From assembly GCA_019119395.1 (NCBI GenBank), contig DWXC01000013.1, positions 16,884 to 80,883 on the forward strand: a stretch of 64,000 bases of DNA, written 5' to 3'. Below are positions 36,613 to 45,892 of the stretch, one piece after another. How positions within the stretch are numbered: position 1 is the stretch's first letter; each line of letters opens with the position of its first letter. A model generated the notes under the pieces. It made no database searches and was not told the DNA's origin. It saw only the letters and a program-made list of their open reading frames with translations. The position numbers and the translations under genes are program-made. Source of the stretch: Candidatus Borkfalkia stercoripullorum (lineage in GTDB: Bacteria > Bacillota > Clostridia > Christensenellales > Borkfalkiaceae).

Positions 36613-39600
36613 ATGGTCGAATCGTTCGGAGACAGATTAAAAGAACTGAGGAAAAGCGCCGGCGTTACGCAGTCGAAGCTGGCGGAAACGCTCGGCGTGC
36701 ATTTGCAGACGGTATCCAAGTGGGAGCGCGGTGTGTGCGAACCCGATCTTTCCGTGCTGGGGGAGATCGCTTCCGCGCTCGGCGTGACTCTCGAAAAACT
36801 TTTGGGGCAAAAAGAGGGGGAATGCACGTATGCGGGCGCGTTTGACGCGGCGGAACTGGGCAAAGCGCTCGCCGCCGCGCGCAGGGCGAAGGGCGACGGG
36901 CAGGACTCCGTCGCCGCCGCGGCGGGGGCTTCTTCCGACATCGTTTCCAAGTGGGAAAGGGGGATCGTCTGCCCCGATATGCGCCAACTCTGCGCGCTTT
37001 CGGAGTATTTTTCGATGCCCGTTTCCAAACTGTATTACGGCATCACCGACGAGGTGCGCACCGAAACGCCCGTGCAGGCGCGCCGCAGAAAACGCTTTTC
37101 TTTTTGGTTCGCGGGGGCGGGCGCGCTGGTGTGCGCGGCGCTCGTCTGCCTGGCGGTCTTTTTGCCGAAGCCGGGCGCGGAGGCGCGCAGGTATACGGTG
37201 AACGTCGACGGCACGGAGTACGAAGTTTCTTCCTCCGACTGGTTCGCTCCGCAGTCGCCCGAAAAAGAGGGATATGATTTTGTCGGCTTTGTGGACGGTT
37301 CGGGGGATACGGTCAGTTTCCCCGTCAAGATCACGCAGGACGCGCAGTTTACGGCGGTTTTCTCGCCCAAAGAATACAGTATCGACTATTGGCTGAACGG
37401 CGGGGCGTTCGTCTCCGACGCGCCGCATGATTTCACGGTGGAGAGCGGCGTGATCGAGCTTCCCGTGCCGTATAAGAGCGGCGGGGCGTTCGAAGGCTGG
37501 TATCTGTCTCCCGATTTTTCGGGCAGCCCCGTGGAGCGCATCGAATGCGCCGCGTGCGACATCAAACTGTACGCAAAGTGGGATTATACCGTTTACGCCG
37601 TGCGCTACGAACTTTGCGGCGGCACGATCGCGCAAAGCAACCCTTCCGAAGTCACGGCGGAAAAAGAGATACTGCTTTATGAGCCCATCCGAAAGGGGTA
37701 CGATTTCCTCGGCTGGTTCGACGCTCCGTCGGGCGGAACGCTGTACGATGCCGTGGGCGGCGAAAACGCGCGAAACCTCACACTGTATGCAAGGTGGCAG
37801 GAAAACGGCGGGCAATATTCCGTGACCTATCATGCGGGCGGCGGAACGATGCTCGGCGACAATCCCGTATCCGTCGGCGCGGGCGAAGCGCATGCGCTGT
37901 TCGGCGCGCGGAAGGCGGGGTATGATTTCGTCGGCTGGAATACGCGGCGGGACGGCGGCGGCGAATGGGTCGAAACGCTTTACGGAATCCGTGAAGATCT
38001 CGAACTGTACGCCGTTTACGAGCCTCAAACGTATACGGTCGTTTACAGCCTGGACGGCGGCACGTATTACAAAGGGGAAAACCCGAACAAGATCGTCTAC
38101 GGGGAAAGGGTAGATCTTTTGCCCGTGGCGAAAAAGGGGTATACGTTCGTCGGCTGGTTCGACGCAAAGAGCGGCGGAAACGAGATCCGGCAGATCGACG
38201 AAACCAATATTTTTGAGCTTACGACCGTCTATGCCCGTTTTGCGCTGAACGAATATAAAATAACGCTCGACGGCGCGGGCGGCGTGTTCGACGCGGGCGG
38301 CGAGCGGGTGGGAAACTACACGTTCGTGATCTCCGTAAAGAGCGATTTTTCCCTTCCCGAACCCACGCTTGCGGGCTATGAGTTTATCGGGTGGTACGAC
38401 GAGGGCGGCGAGCAGGTGGAAAGCATCGGCATCGTGAACATTGCGGATATGCGCCTTACGGCAAAATATCGCCCCGCGGGGCAGACCTATGCGGTCACAT
38501 ACGTGCTCGGCGGCGGCACGCAGTCGGATAAAAACCCGACCGAAGTCGCCTGGGGGCAGGTCGTATACTTTACGGCTCCGACGAGGGAAGGTTTCAAATT
38601 TCTCGGCTGGTGCGATGCGGCGGACGGCTCCGGCACGTATTACGAAGCGACGCCCGAAGGGCGGGAGAAAGACCTCACTCTCTACGCGATCTGGCAGGAG
38701 ATCCTCATAAGCGGAAGCGCGGAAGATTTTACTTATGCCGCGGGGAATGCGAGCGTCACGATCACGGGATATACGGGGGCTTTCGGCGAGAATATCGATC
38801 TCGTCATCCCGTCGTACATCGACGCAAAACCCGTCGTTGCCGTCGAGGGGCGGTTCAACAGCCCCGCCGCAAGTTCTCCGAGGCAGGAGATGCTTCACAG
38901 TATCACCATACCGGACACGGTCGAAAGGCTCGGGGAGAAGGTTTTCGGGTCTTTACAGGTAGAGGAAGAGATCGTCATCCCCGCAAGCGTAAAGGAGATC
39001 GGAGAAAACTGTTTCTCGGGCTGTACCTGCACCGTATCGTTTGCGGAAAACAGCGCGTTGAAAGAGATCGGCGAACAAGCGTTCCGTTCGGCTCGTTTGA
39101 ACAATATTCTGGTTTTGCCCGAAGGGGTCGAAACGCTCAGGACGGGCGCTTTTTCGGAAGCGGTCATGCCCGGGATCGTGTTGCCGGATACGCTGTCTTA
39201 TATAGCGGGGTACGCTTTGGGGTATTGGGTCGGAGACAGCAATATGTCCGCGGCCGTGTATTTGCCGAAATCGGTAGAATTTATTGAATCGGATGCCTTT
39301 GGGGTTTCGTGCAAAAAGTACATTTATACGCCGCTCACGCCCGAACAGACGCAGGCATTCTCGCAAAAATGGGACGCGAATGCTGAACTGATCCGCCTGG
39401 ATGCGGAAGTCGGCGGGATCACTCTCGATTACGGCGATAAGACGGAATACCTTGCGGGGCAGGCGTTTGTTCTTCCGATCCCGCAGAAAGAAGGCTGCAA
39501 TTTCGAAGGGTGGTACGATCTCTCCGCGGAAACGTATGCGGCGCCCCTCTATATCCCGAAAAGCGAGGGCGTCGTTTTGCGGGCGGCGTATACGGAGAAG

Positions 39601-39936
39601 TCGGATAACGACGGGAGCAGTTTGTCTGCACCGATGCTTTTGGAAGCGGGCAGGCAATACGAGTTTATCCTTGCTCCGAACGAGGCGTTTTATTTCTTTC
39701 CGCAGGAAGAGAGCGGGCATATCCGCATCGTGTGGGAAGGGGAAGTGCAAGGCTGCCCTTGGGGAAAGAGCGGCGAACTGCTCGTGCAGGAGGGGGAAGA
39801 CAGATACGGGAGCGGGAACTTTTGTCAGTCGGGCGTCTCTTTCTTTTACGAAAGGGGAACGCTGCTGAAAGTGGTTGCGGCCAGCCATGAAATATTTTAT
39901 CACCGCGTAACCATCCGTGTTGAAAGGGTTGCCTGA
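36613..39936 (+). CDS. Double XRE-HTH / single TM / about 8 InlB B-repeats / BspA-type LRR protein
   Basis: Two TQ/GQ...VSKWERG HTHs; TM FWFAGAGALVCAALVCLAVFL; repeated Y.V.Y..GG...P..GY.F.GW...LYA.W; IPDTVERLGEKVF / IPASVKEIGENCF / LPEGVETLRTGAF LRR_5 repeats. Confidence 0.88.
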   Translation: MVESFGDRLKELRKSAGVTQSKLAETLGVHLQTVSKWERGVCEPDLSVLGEIASALGVTLEKLLGQKEGECTYAGAFDAAELGKALAAARRAKGDGQDSVAAAAGASSDIVSKWERGIVCPDMRQLCALSEYFSMPVSKLYYGITDEVRTETPVQARRRKRFSFWFAGAGALVCAALVCLAVFLPKPGAEARRYTVNVDGTEYEVSSSDWFAPQSPEKEGYDFVGFVDGSGDTVSFPVKITQDAQFTAVFSPKEYSIDYWLNGGAFVSDAPHDFTVESGVIELPVPYKSGGAFEGWYLSPDFSGSPVERIECAACDIKLYAKWDYTVYAVRYELCGGTIAQSNPSEVTAEKEILLYEPIRKGYDFLGWFDAPSGGTLYDAVGGENARNLTLYARWQENGGQYSVTYHAGGGTMLGDNPVSVGAGEAHALFGARKAGYDFVGWNTRRDGGGEWVETLYGIREDLELYAVYEPQTYTVVYSLDGGTYYKGENPNKIVYGERVDLLPVAKKGYTFVGWFDAKSGGNEIRQIDETNIFELTTVYARFALNEYKITLDGAGGVFDAGGERVGNYTFVISVKSDFSLPEPTLAGYEFIGWYDEGGEQVESIGIVNIADMRLTAKYRPAGQTYAVTYVLGGGTQSDKNPTEVAWGQVVYFTAPTREGFKFLGWCDAADGSGTYYEATPEGREKDLTLYAIWQEILISGSAEDFTYAAGNASVTITGYTGAFGENIDLVIPSYIDAKPVVAVEGRFNSPAASSPRQEMLHSITIPDTVERLGEKVFGSLQVEEEIVIPASVKEIGENCFSGCTCTVSFAENSALKEIGEQAFRSARLNNILVLPEGVETLRTGAFSEAVMPGIVLPDTLSYIAGYALGYWVGDSNMSAAVYLPKSVEFIESDAFGVSCKKYIYTPLTPEQTQAFSQKWDANAELIRLDAEVGGITLDYGDKTEYLAGQAFVLPIPQKEGCNFEGWYDLSAETYAAPLYIPKSEGVVLRAAYTEKSDNDGSSLSAPMLLEAGRQYEFILAPNEAFYFFPQEESGHIRIVWEGEVQGCPWGKSGELLVQEGEDRYGSGNFCQSGVSFFYERGTLLKVVAASHEIFYHRVTIRVERVA

Positions 39937-40168
39937 CGTTTGGTCAAAAGCGGCGCTTCGGCAATAGCCGAAGCGCCGCTTTTGTGCGCGAAATCATAAA
40001 TTCAGCCTGTTTTTCCGATAATTCAGCCGAAATTTCCACCGATTCGGAAAACGCGGCTCAACAAAACCGTCGCAAAATGTGCTATACTGTCATCAGTTGC
40101 AACAGGGGAACAACCGTTCCCGATCAATCAAAGGAGAAAAATAAAGCGCTTTATGAAAACGAAAAACG

Positions 40169-40372
40169 ATGAACAAAAGTTACATATTGCTGCGGATGTA
40201 CGACGCGCTCCGGTCGGGCGCAGGGGTCAAAATCACCGATTGTTGCGGGAGGTATGAAATTTCCGTTGCCACGTTCCGCCGATACATAGCATTTCTGCGC
40301 GGATATGTCGCCGAGGTGTGCGGCCGCGAGATCGTCTACGATCCCGGAAGTGCGGTTTATATCTTAAAGTGA
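40169..40372 (+). CDS. Small stand-alone winged-HTH protein (resembles the N-terminal HTH of WYL regulators)
   Basis: MNKSYILLRMYDAL...RYEISVATFRRYIAFLR...EIVYD...Y. Confidence 0.55.
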   Translation: MNKSYILLRMYDALRSGAGVKITDCCGRYEISVATFRRYIAFLRGYVAEVCGREIVYDPGSAVYILK

Positions 40373-40760
40373 TTGCCGTTCCGATCAAATACAGGCGAGG
40401 ATGCATTGCGGGGGCGTGCCGCGAAAATCGGGCGAGCAAGTCCTGCCGCGTTTTTCGCGCGTCGATGCGATCCGCATTTTTCGGAGCCGCTCTGACGGGA
40501 TGTGTTTTTTATTTGTCTGTCTGCGCGGCAATGTGCGAGTTTATCGGGCTAAAACAAATGTTTCAAGATAGAGAGGGCGCGCTCTGCTGTACGGGGTAGC
40601 CCGTGCGCATACGTGCGCCGTAGGAGACCGTCCGAGCGAATGGCGTCGGCTTCCGAACAAAAGAACCCGCCGAGGTTTTTGCCTCGGCGGGTTCTTTTGT
40701 TGTCGGTGATGCGGTATAAAAGAAATACGCACACCCGAACGTGTGCGTATACCCCTGTTA

Positions 40761-40836
40761 TGGTGGAGATGATCAGACTCGAACTGACTACCTATACGTT
40801 GCGAACGTATCGCTCTACCGGGTGAGCTACATCCCC
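40761..40836 (-). tRNA. tRNA-Ala(CGC)
   Basis: Reverse complement GGGGATGTAGCTCACCCGGTAGAGCGATACGTTCGCAACGTAT...CATCTCCACCA; G3:U70 present. Confidence 0.92.
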
Positions 40837-41024
40837 GATTTACCTTTCCTTTCGGAACGCTATAATAGTATATAGTAAATTCAAAAAAATTTCAATCGTT
40901 TTAAGGCGGTTATTCAAAAAATTTTTAAAATTTTTTTATGCGGAGGAAAAGGCAAATGTTTGACCGCTTCATGCATAAGTATTATAATACTTCTTGACAG
41001 CATATTCAGCAAAGGAGAAAAGCC

Positions 41025-41750
41025 CTGCCGAAAGTATATGGCTGGGAACATCTGACTTATTTGGCCGTTTGCGTCGTGCTTGCGGTCGTTTCGATTTTTT
41101 TGATCAAGAAATATGTCAAGTCCGAAAAGACGTTGACTTTGATCGTCAAAATTCTCGGAGGCATGCTGTTTGCCTGTATCGCGTGGAACAGGATATCTCT
41201 TTCGATCAGTCATAAGAACGCGATGCGCTTGCTCCCGGATACGTTTTGCGGGATCAGCAGCCTGATCCTTTCCCTGACGATGCTGATAGGGAAAAGGAAT
41301 AACAGGGTGCTCCATTTTATTTGCTATCTCGGATTTATCGGCGGGTTGATCACCGTCGCGTACCCCGATTTTATAGGGCAGGCGGATTCGATTTTTTATT
41401 CGGATACGATCAGCGGGTTACTGCATCATACGGTCATGCTGTATTCGGTGATTTTCATGACGATCACGGGTTATTTTGTCCCGACGATCAAAAAGTGGTA
41501 TGTTTTGCCGCTCGGGCTTTGCTGCGTCATGACGTTCGGGATTTTTGAAATATCGGTTTTGGGATTCAGCGACGCCATGCAGATTTTTTCGCCGCTGCTT
41601 CCCGATACCGTGTTTACCTGGTGGTTCTGCGGGATTCTGCTTTTAGTTTTTTCATACACAGTCATGTCGCTGTTCGAATATTTCAGGGTGTGGAAGAAAA
41701 GCCGAAGCAGGACGACGGAAGAAAGCGCGGACGGAGATAATCTTTCTTGA
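41025..41750 (+). CDS. YwaF/TIGR02206-like integral membrane protein
   Basis: VYGWEHLTYL, LPDTFCGISSL, LIG.LITVAYPD, LLHHTVML; CTG start inferred from AAAGGAG 7 nt upstream. Confidence 0.7.
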   Translation: MPKVYGWEHLTYLAVCVVLAVVSIFLIKKYVKSEKTLTLIVKILGGMLFACIAWNRISLSISHKNAMRLLPDTFCGISSLILSLTMLIGKRNNRVLHFICYLGFIGGLITVAYPDFIGQADSIFYSDTISGLLHHTVMLYSVIFMTITGYFVPTIKKWYVLPLGLCCVMTFGIFEISVLGFSDAMQIFSPLLPDTVFTWWFCGILLLVFSYTVMSLFEYFRVWKKSRSRTTEESADGDNLS

Positions 41751-41781
41751 AAGAGCTTCTTTTTTGAATACGATCGTTTTT

Positions 41782-41827
41782 AACGGCGCGGGCGCCCCGC
41801 AATCAATTGCGGGGCGCCCGCGCCGTT
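41782..41827. terminator. Long hairpin terminator
   Basis: AACGGCGCGGGCGCCCCGCAAT-CA-ATTGCGGGGCGCCCGCGCCGTT. Confidence 0.75.
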
Positions 41828-41974
41828 TTTTCGATCCGTAAAAGCGCGCCATCGTGTCGGCAACGGCTCTGCGGAACCGCAATTCGGGAAAAGCCGCATA
41901 TATATTTACCAAAATATGGCAAAAGTTCGGACTTTTGCCGCCGCGAGATTTGTTAATATATAAGGGAGAAAAAG

Positions 41975-42360
41975 ATGATGAGAAAATTGTATTGACAAAA
42001 GAGAAGGTAAAATATATCGTTAAACGGCTTTCATATTTTTCCAAAATGCAGGCAAAGGGAGTAAAAGAAGCGGATTACCGCATAAGCAAAAGGAAAGAAC
42101 ACCTTGTTCTGGACGAGGAAGTTCTGGCGGTGATCGGGGTTATGGAAGAAATTATAGAAAGCGAGGAAACGAAATGGCTGCAAGATTTATTGAAAGAAGT
42201 CAGGTACGGACGTAAAGACGTGACGATTCAGATCGACAGCCCGGTCGCGAGGACGAAATATTACCAGACAAAAGAGCGGTTCGTCAATAAAGTTTATGAA
42301 TGTTGCATATACAAAGGTTATGTATCGTACGAAGACATTTTGAAAAACGATATAGGGTAA
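41975..42360 (+). CDS. Hypothetical helical protein, possibly frameshifted at codon 6-7
   Basis: RBS AAGGGAG then ATG ATG AGA AAA TTG TAT TGA; the long frame continues TTG ACA AAA GAG... to 42360; AT-rich. Confidence 0.5.
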
Positions 42361-42366
42361 GGGACA

Positions 42367-42582
42367 ATGCAAAAGAAAAATGCGGATGAAGTATTGAATT
42401 TACTGATAGAGCATTTGATAATATGTTTGGAAGAGCTTCGGGATTTCACGAATACCGAAAAGGAAGCATTTCAGTACGGAGAAAGGGTGGCGTATACGGA
42501 ATGTCTGGAGTGTATTCAGTTTTGGGCGAAAAATTTTTGCCGCAGATTGAATTTCGATATCGAAAAAACGTTTCCGCTGTAA
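42367..42582 (+). CDS. Small hypothetical protein
   Basis: 71-aa ORF (EAFQYGERVAYTECLECIQFW) 6 nt after the previous gene; AT-rich. Confidence 0.6.
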   Translation: MQKKNADEVLNLLIEHLIICLEELRDFTNTEKEAFQYGERVAYTECLECIQFWAKNFCRRLNFDIEKTFPL

Positions 42583-42753
42583 AAAGCCGCGGTTTCGTCC
42601 GCGTATTTTTGCAGGCCCGTGCGGGCGGATTCCGTGCCGGCGATCGGAAAAGACATGTTTCAAAGATTTTTGTTGTATCGCGTGTTATTTTGTGTTATAA
42701 TAACGGCGGTAGGACGGCGGGCAGACGTCCGAAAAACAAAAGAAGGTATCGAA

Positions 42754-43527
42754 ATGCTTGCTATTGAACGAAAAAACATGATCCTTTCCGAGCTGCGCGA
42801 AAAGAAGCGCGTCGTGGTAGGGGAACTGGCGGCAAAATTCGGGGTTTCGGAGGAGACGATCCGCCACGATCTGATGAAATTGGAACATGAAAGCGGCGTC
42901 GTGAAAACATACGGCGGAGCGATTCTGAATATCGGCGTACAGTCGGAAGTCCCTTTCATGGAACGGCGCGGCGTCAATGCGGCGGCAAATGCGCGGATAG
43001 CTTTGCTCGCCGCGAGAATGGTTCGGGACGGAGATTCTGTCTTTCTTGACGCGAGCTCCGCTTCCGTATTCATCGCGCATGCGCTGAAAAATAAAAAAGC
43101 GCTCACCGTGCTGACCAATTCCGTGGACGTTCTGATCGAGCTTTCCGATGTCTCGGGGTGGCGGATTTTATGTACGGGCGGCATGCTGAAAGGATCGGGC
43201 GTGCTGGTCGGTTCGCGCACCGAGGAGATCCTCGGCGCTTATAGGGGAGACATCGCTTTTGTTTCGTGTCGGGGGATTTGCCGCGACGGTTTTTTCGAAT
43301 CGGACGAATATCAGGCGTCCGTAAAAAGAAAAATGCTCGCCAATTCGATGCGCAAAGTCGTCGCCGCCGAATCGGGACGGTTGGGAAAACGTGCCTTTGC
43401 GGGGATATGCGCACTTTCCGGGGCAGACGCCCTTTTGCTTGAAACGCGTCCGCCCGAACCTTGGGGCGAAGTGTTTTCCGCCGCCGGAACAAAACTTTTC
43501 TATCCCGAAGAAAACCGAACAAATTGA
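42754..43527 (+). CDS. DeoR/GlpR family transcriptional regulator
   Basis: LAAKFGVSEETIRHDL, VFLDASS, VLTNS, ILCTGG motifs. Confidence 0.9.
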   Translation: MLAIERKNMILSELREKKRVVVGELAAKFGVSEETIRHDLMKLEHESGVVKTYGGAILNIGVQSEVPFMERRGVNAAANARIALLAARMVRDGDSVFLDASSASVFIAHALKNKKALTVLTNSVDVLIELSDVSGWRILCTGGMLKGSGVLVGSRTEEILGAYRGDIAFVSCRGICRDGFFESDEYQASVKRKMLANSMRKVVAAESGRLGKRAFAGICALSGADALLLETRPPEPWGEVFSAAGTKLFYPEENRTN

Positions 43528-43571
43528 ATCGTTGGGTCAAAGAGAGTCCGAAAACGAGAAGAGACACATAT

Positions 43572-43617
43572 ACCGCAGGGACGGGGAATTTTTTGATTCC
43601 CGTCCCTGCGGTTTTTT
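43572..43617 (+). terminator. Terminator after deoR
   Basis: ACCGCAGGGACGGG...CCCGTCCCTGCGGT followed by a T run. Confidence 0.7.
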
Positions 43618-43672
43618 GCGTCTGTGCCGGACGGAGGGGAACCGGATTCGCGATTTTATAAAAAATAAAAGT

Positions 43673-43731
43673 TTACCATGGTTTATTTACTTGCCAAACG
43701 CGCGCAAATGCTGTATAATTAACCATGGTTA
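43673..43731 (+). promoter_or_regulatory. sigA promoter flanked by two palindromic operator-like sites
   Basis: TTGCCA-17 nt-TATAAT; perfect palindrome TAACCATGGTTA at 43720-43731 and TTACCATGGTTT at 43673-43684. Confidence 0.6.
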
Positions 43732-43758
43732 TCGATTTTGCCCTGCGGAGGTAAGGAC

Positions 43759-44148
43759 GTGTCGTCTCGAACGAGAGAGTATAAGGCGTGGGAAAGGGAG
43801 AAGAAACTGATCCCCGTCATGATCCGAAAATATTGCCGTGCGCGCCACGGCACGAAAGAGGGGCTTTGCGAAGAGTGCGCGGCGCTGCAGGGATACGCGC
43901 TTTTCCGTTTGGAGAAATGCCCGTTCAAAAGAGATAAAAAATTTTGTTCGTTTTGCGGCATTCATTGTTATAAACCCGAAATGCGCGCAAAGATCAAAGA
44001 AGTCATGCGCGTCGCCGGGCCGCGCATGTTGTTTTCGCATCCGTTTTTTGCGATGTCGCATGCGGCGGCGATGATACGGCATAAAAGACAGGCCCGAAAA
44101 GAAGGGAAAGAACGAGAAAGTTCAGATCGAGAGGCGAAAGATGTTTGA
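43759..44148 (+). CDS. YgbA (nitrous oxide-stimulated promoter) family Cys-rich protein
   Basis: MIRKYC...LCEEC..L.GYA..RLEKCP...KKFCSFCGIHCYKP.MR.KIKEVMR.AGPRM. Confidence 0.82.
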   Translation: MSSRTREYKAWEREKKLIPVMIRKYCRARHGTKEGLCEECAALQGYALFRLEKCPFKRDKKFCSFCGIHCYKPEMRAKIKEVMRVAGPRMLFSHPFFAMSHAAAMIRHKRQARKEGKERESSDREAKDV

Positions 44149-45892
44149 CAAAGAACTCATGCAACTGATAGGCGGCAATAAAAAATATGTCGTCTGTACC
44201 GTTTTGCTGATGATCCTCGGCATGCTTGCCAACATCGGCATTACCGCGAGCGTCTGCCGGGCGGTGTATTTTCTCATCGAAGGATATGCGCCGCTCGCGT
44301 TCGTATACCCTGCGGTGAGCGCCGCCGTCGCGATCGCCGTGCGTTACGTCGCTTCCCGCTGTACGGGCAGCCTGAAAGACGTTCTCGGCAGGAAGGTGAA
44401 AAAAGATCTCCGCGAGCGCACGTATAACAAGATACTCAGGCTCGGCGTGCGTTCGACCGACGGCATGAGCATGGCGGGGCTCACGCAGATATCCATGGAG
44501 GGCATCGAACAGCTCGATCTCTACTACTCCGCGTATCTGCCGCAGTTTTTCTTTTCCATGATCGCGCCGCTCCTGCTTTTTTGCATCTGCGTGGGGATTG
44601 ACTGGCGCACTTCGCTTGTCCTATTAGCGTGCGTGCCGCTCATTCCCGTTTCCATCATCGCGGTGTCGAAGTATGCGAAAAGGATCTTTGCAAAGTATTG
44701 GGGCAAGTATACGTCGATGGGCGACGCTTTCCTCGACAGCGTGCAGGGGCTGAAGGAACTGAAGATTTTCAAGGCCGACGCGGCCCGGCATGTCAAGATG
44801 AATCAAAGCGCCGAGGAGTTCCGAAAAATAACGATGAAAGTGCTCGTCATGCAGTTGATGAGTACGACGATCATGGATCTCGTCGCGTTCGGCGGTGCGG
44901 GCGCGGGCGTCGCGCTGTCCGTCGTCGGGCTGATGAACGGTTGGCTCGCTCCCGCATCCGCGCTGTTTCTGATCCTCGTGGCGGTCGAATTTTTCCTGCC
45001 GCTGCGTTCGCTGGGCAGCGCTTTCCATGTGGCGATGAACGGTGCGAGCGCGGGCAAAAAGATCATATCTCTGCTCAAAGCGGAAGAGCCCGTCTGGGGC
45101 GAAAAACAGGTTTCGGGGACGCGGCTCGGGCTTGAAAACGTGACCTTTTCCTACGACGGAAAGCGCGACGTGCTAAAAAACGTGAACATGGTTTTCCCGG
45201 AAAAGGGGATGACCGCGATCGTCGGGGAAAGCGGCTGCGGCAAATCTACAGTCGTCAATCTTCTCGTCGGCGCGCGCAGGCCCGCTTCGGGCGCGGTGAC
45301 GGCCGGGGGAGAGAATATCGAAAGTTTTTCGCGCGAATCGTATTATGCGCACATCGCGTCCGTTTCCTACAATACGTACATTTTTAACGATACCGTCCGC
45401 GCGAATTTCGAACTTGCAAAAAAAGAAGTATCGGACGGGGAGATCTGGGCCGCGCTCGAAAAGGTCAATCTCGCCGATTTCATCAGGGAAAACGGCGGGC
45501 TGGATAAGGTCGTTGCCGAGGACGCGAACAACGTGTCGGGCGGGCAGAAACAGCGGCTCGCGCTCGCTGTCAACCTCGTTGCGGATAAAGACGTATACGT
45601 TTTCGACGAAGCGACGAGCAACATCGATATCGAAAGCGAGGCGGTCATCATGGAAAATGTCCGCGAAATGAGCAGGGAAAAGAGCGTGATCGTCATCTCT
45701 CACCGCCTCGCGAACGTCGTTCCCGCAGACAATATCTATTATATGGAGGACGGGGAAGTCAAAGAGAGCGGCACGCATGCGGAACTGATGCGCGCGCAGG
45801 GCGGTTATGCAAAACTCTTCAACACGCAGAAAGAATTAGAGGAAGGCTATAAAGACGTGGCGCGCATTATGGCAAAGGAGGCAAGGGCATGA
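44141..45892 (+). CDS. ABC transporter permease/ATPase (CydD/IrtA-like)
   Basis: N-terminal TM domain; GESGCGKST, VSGGQKQR, FDEATSNID. Confidence 0.9.
   Translation: MFDKELMQLIGGNKKYVVCTVLLMILGMLANIGITASVCRAVYFLIEGYAPLAFVYPAVSAAVAIAVRYVASRCTGSLKDVLGRKVKKDLRERTYNKILRLGVRSTDGMSMAGLTQISMEGIEQLDLYYSAYLPQFFFSMIAPLLLFCICVGIDWRTSLVLLACVPLIPVSIIAVSKYAKRIFAKYWGKYTSMGDAFLDSVQGLKELKIFKADAARHVKMNQSAEEFRKITMKVLVMQLMSTTIMDLVAFGGAGAGVALSVVGLMNGWLAPASALFLILVAVEFFLPLRSLGSAFHVAMNGASAGKKIISLLKAEEPVWGEKQVSGTRLGLENVTFSYDGKRDVLKNVNMVFPEKGMTAIVGESGCGKSTVVNLLVGARRPASGAVTAGGENIESFSRESYYAHIASVSYNTYIFNDTVRANFELAKKEVSDGEIWAALEKVNLADFIRENGGLDKVVAEDANNVSGGQKQRLALAVNLVADKDVYVFDEATSNIDIESEAVIMENVREMSREKSVIVISHRLANVVPADNIYYMEDGEVKESGTHAELMRAQGGYAKLFNTQKELEEGYKDVARIMAKEARA

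Noticed and set aside
39984-40172. 62-aa ORF upstream of the small HTH gene
   Set aside because: No RBS or motif, and it overlaps promoter-like sequence
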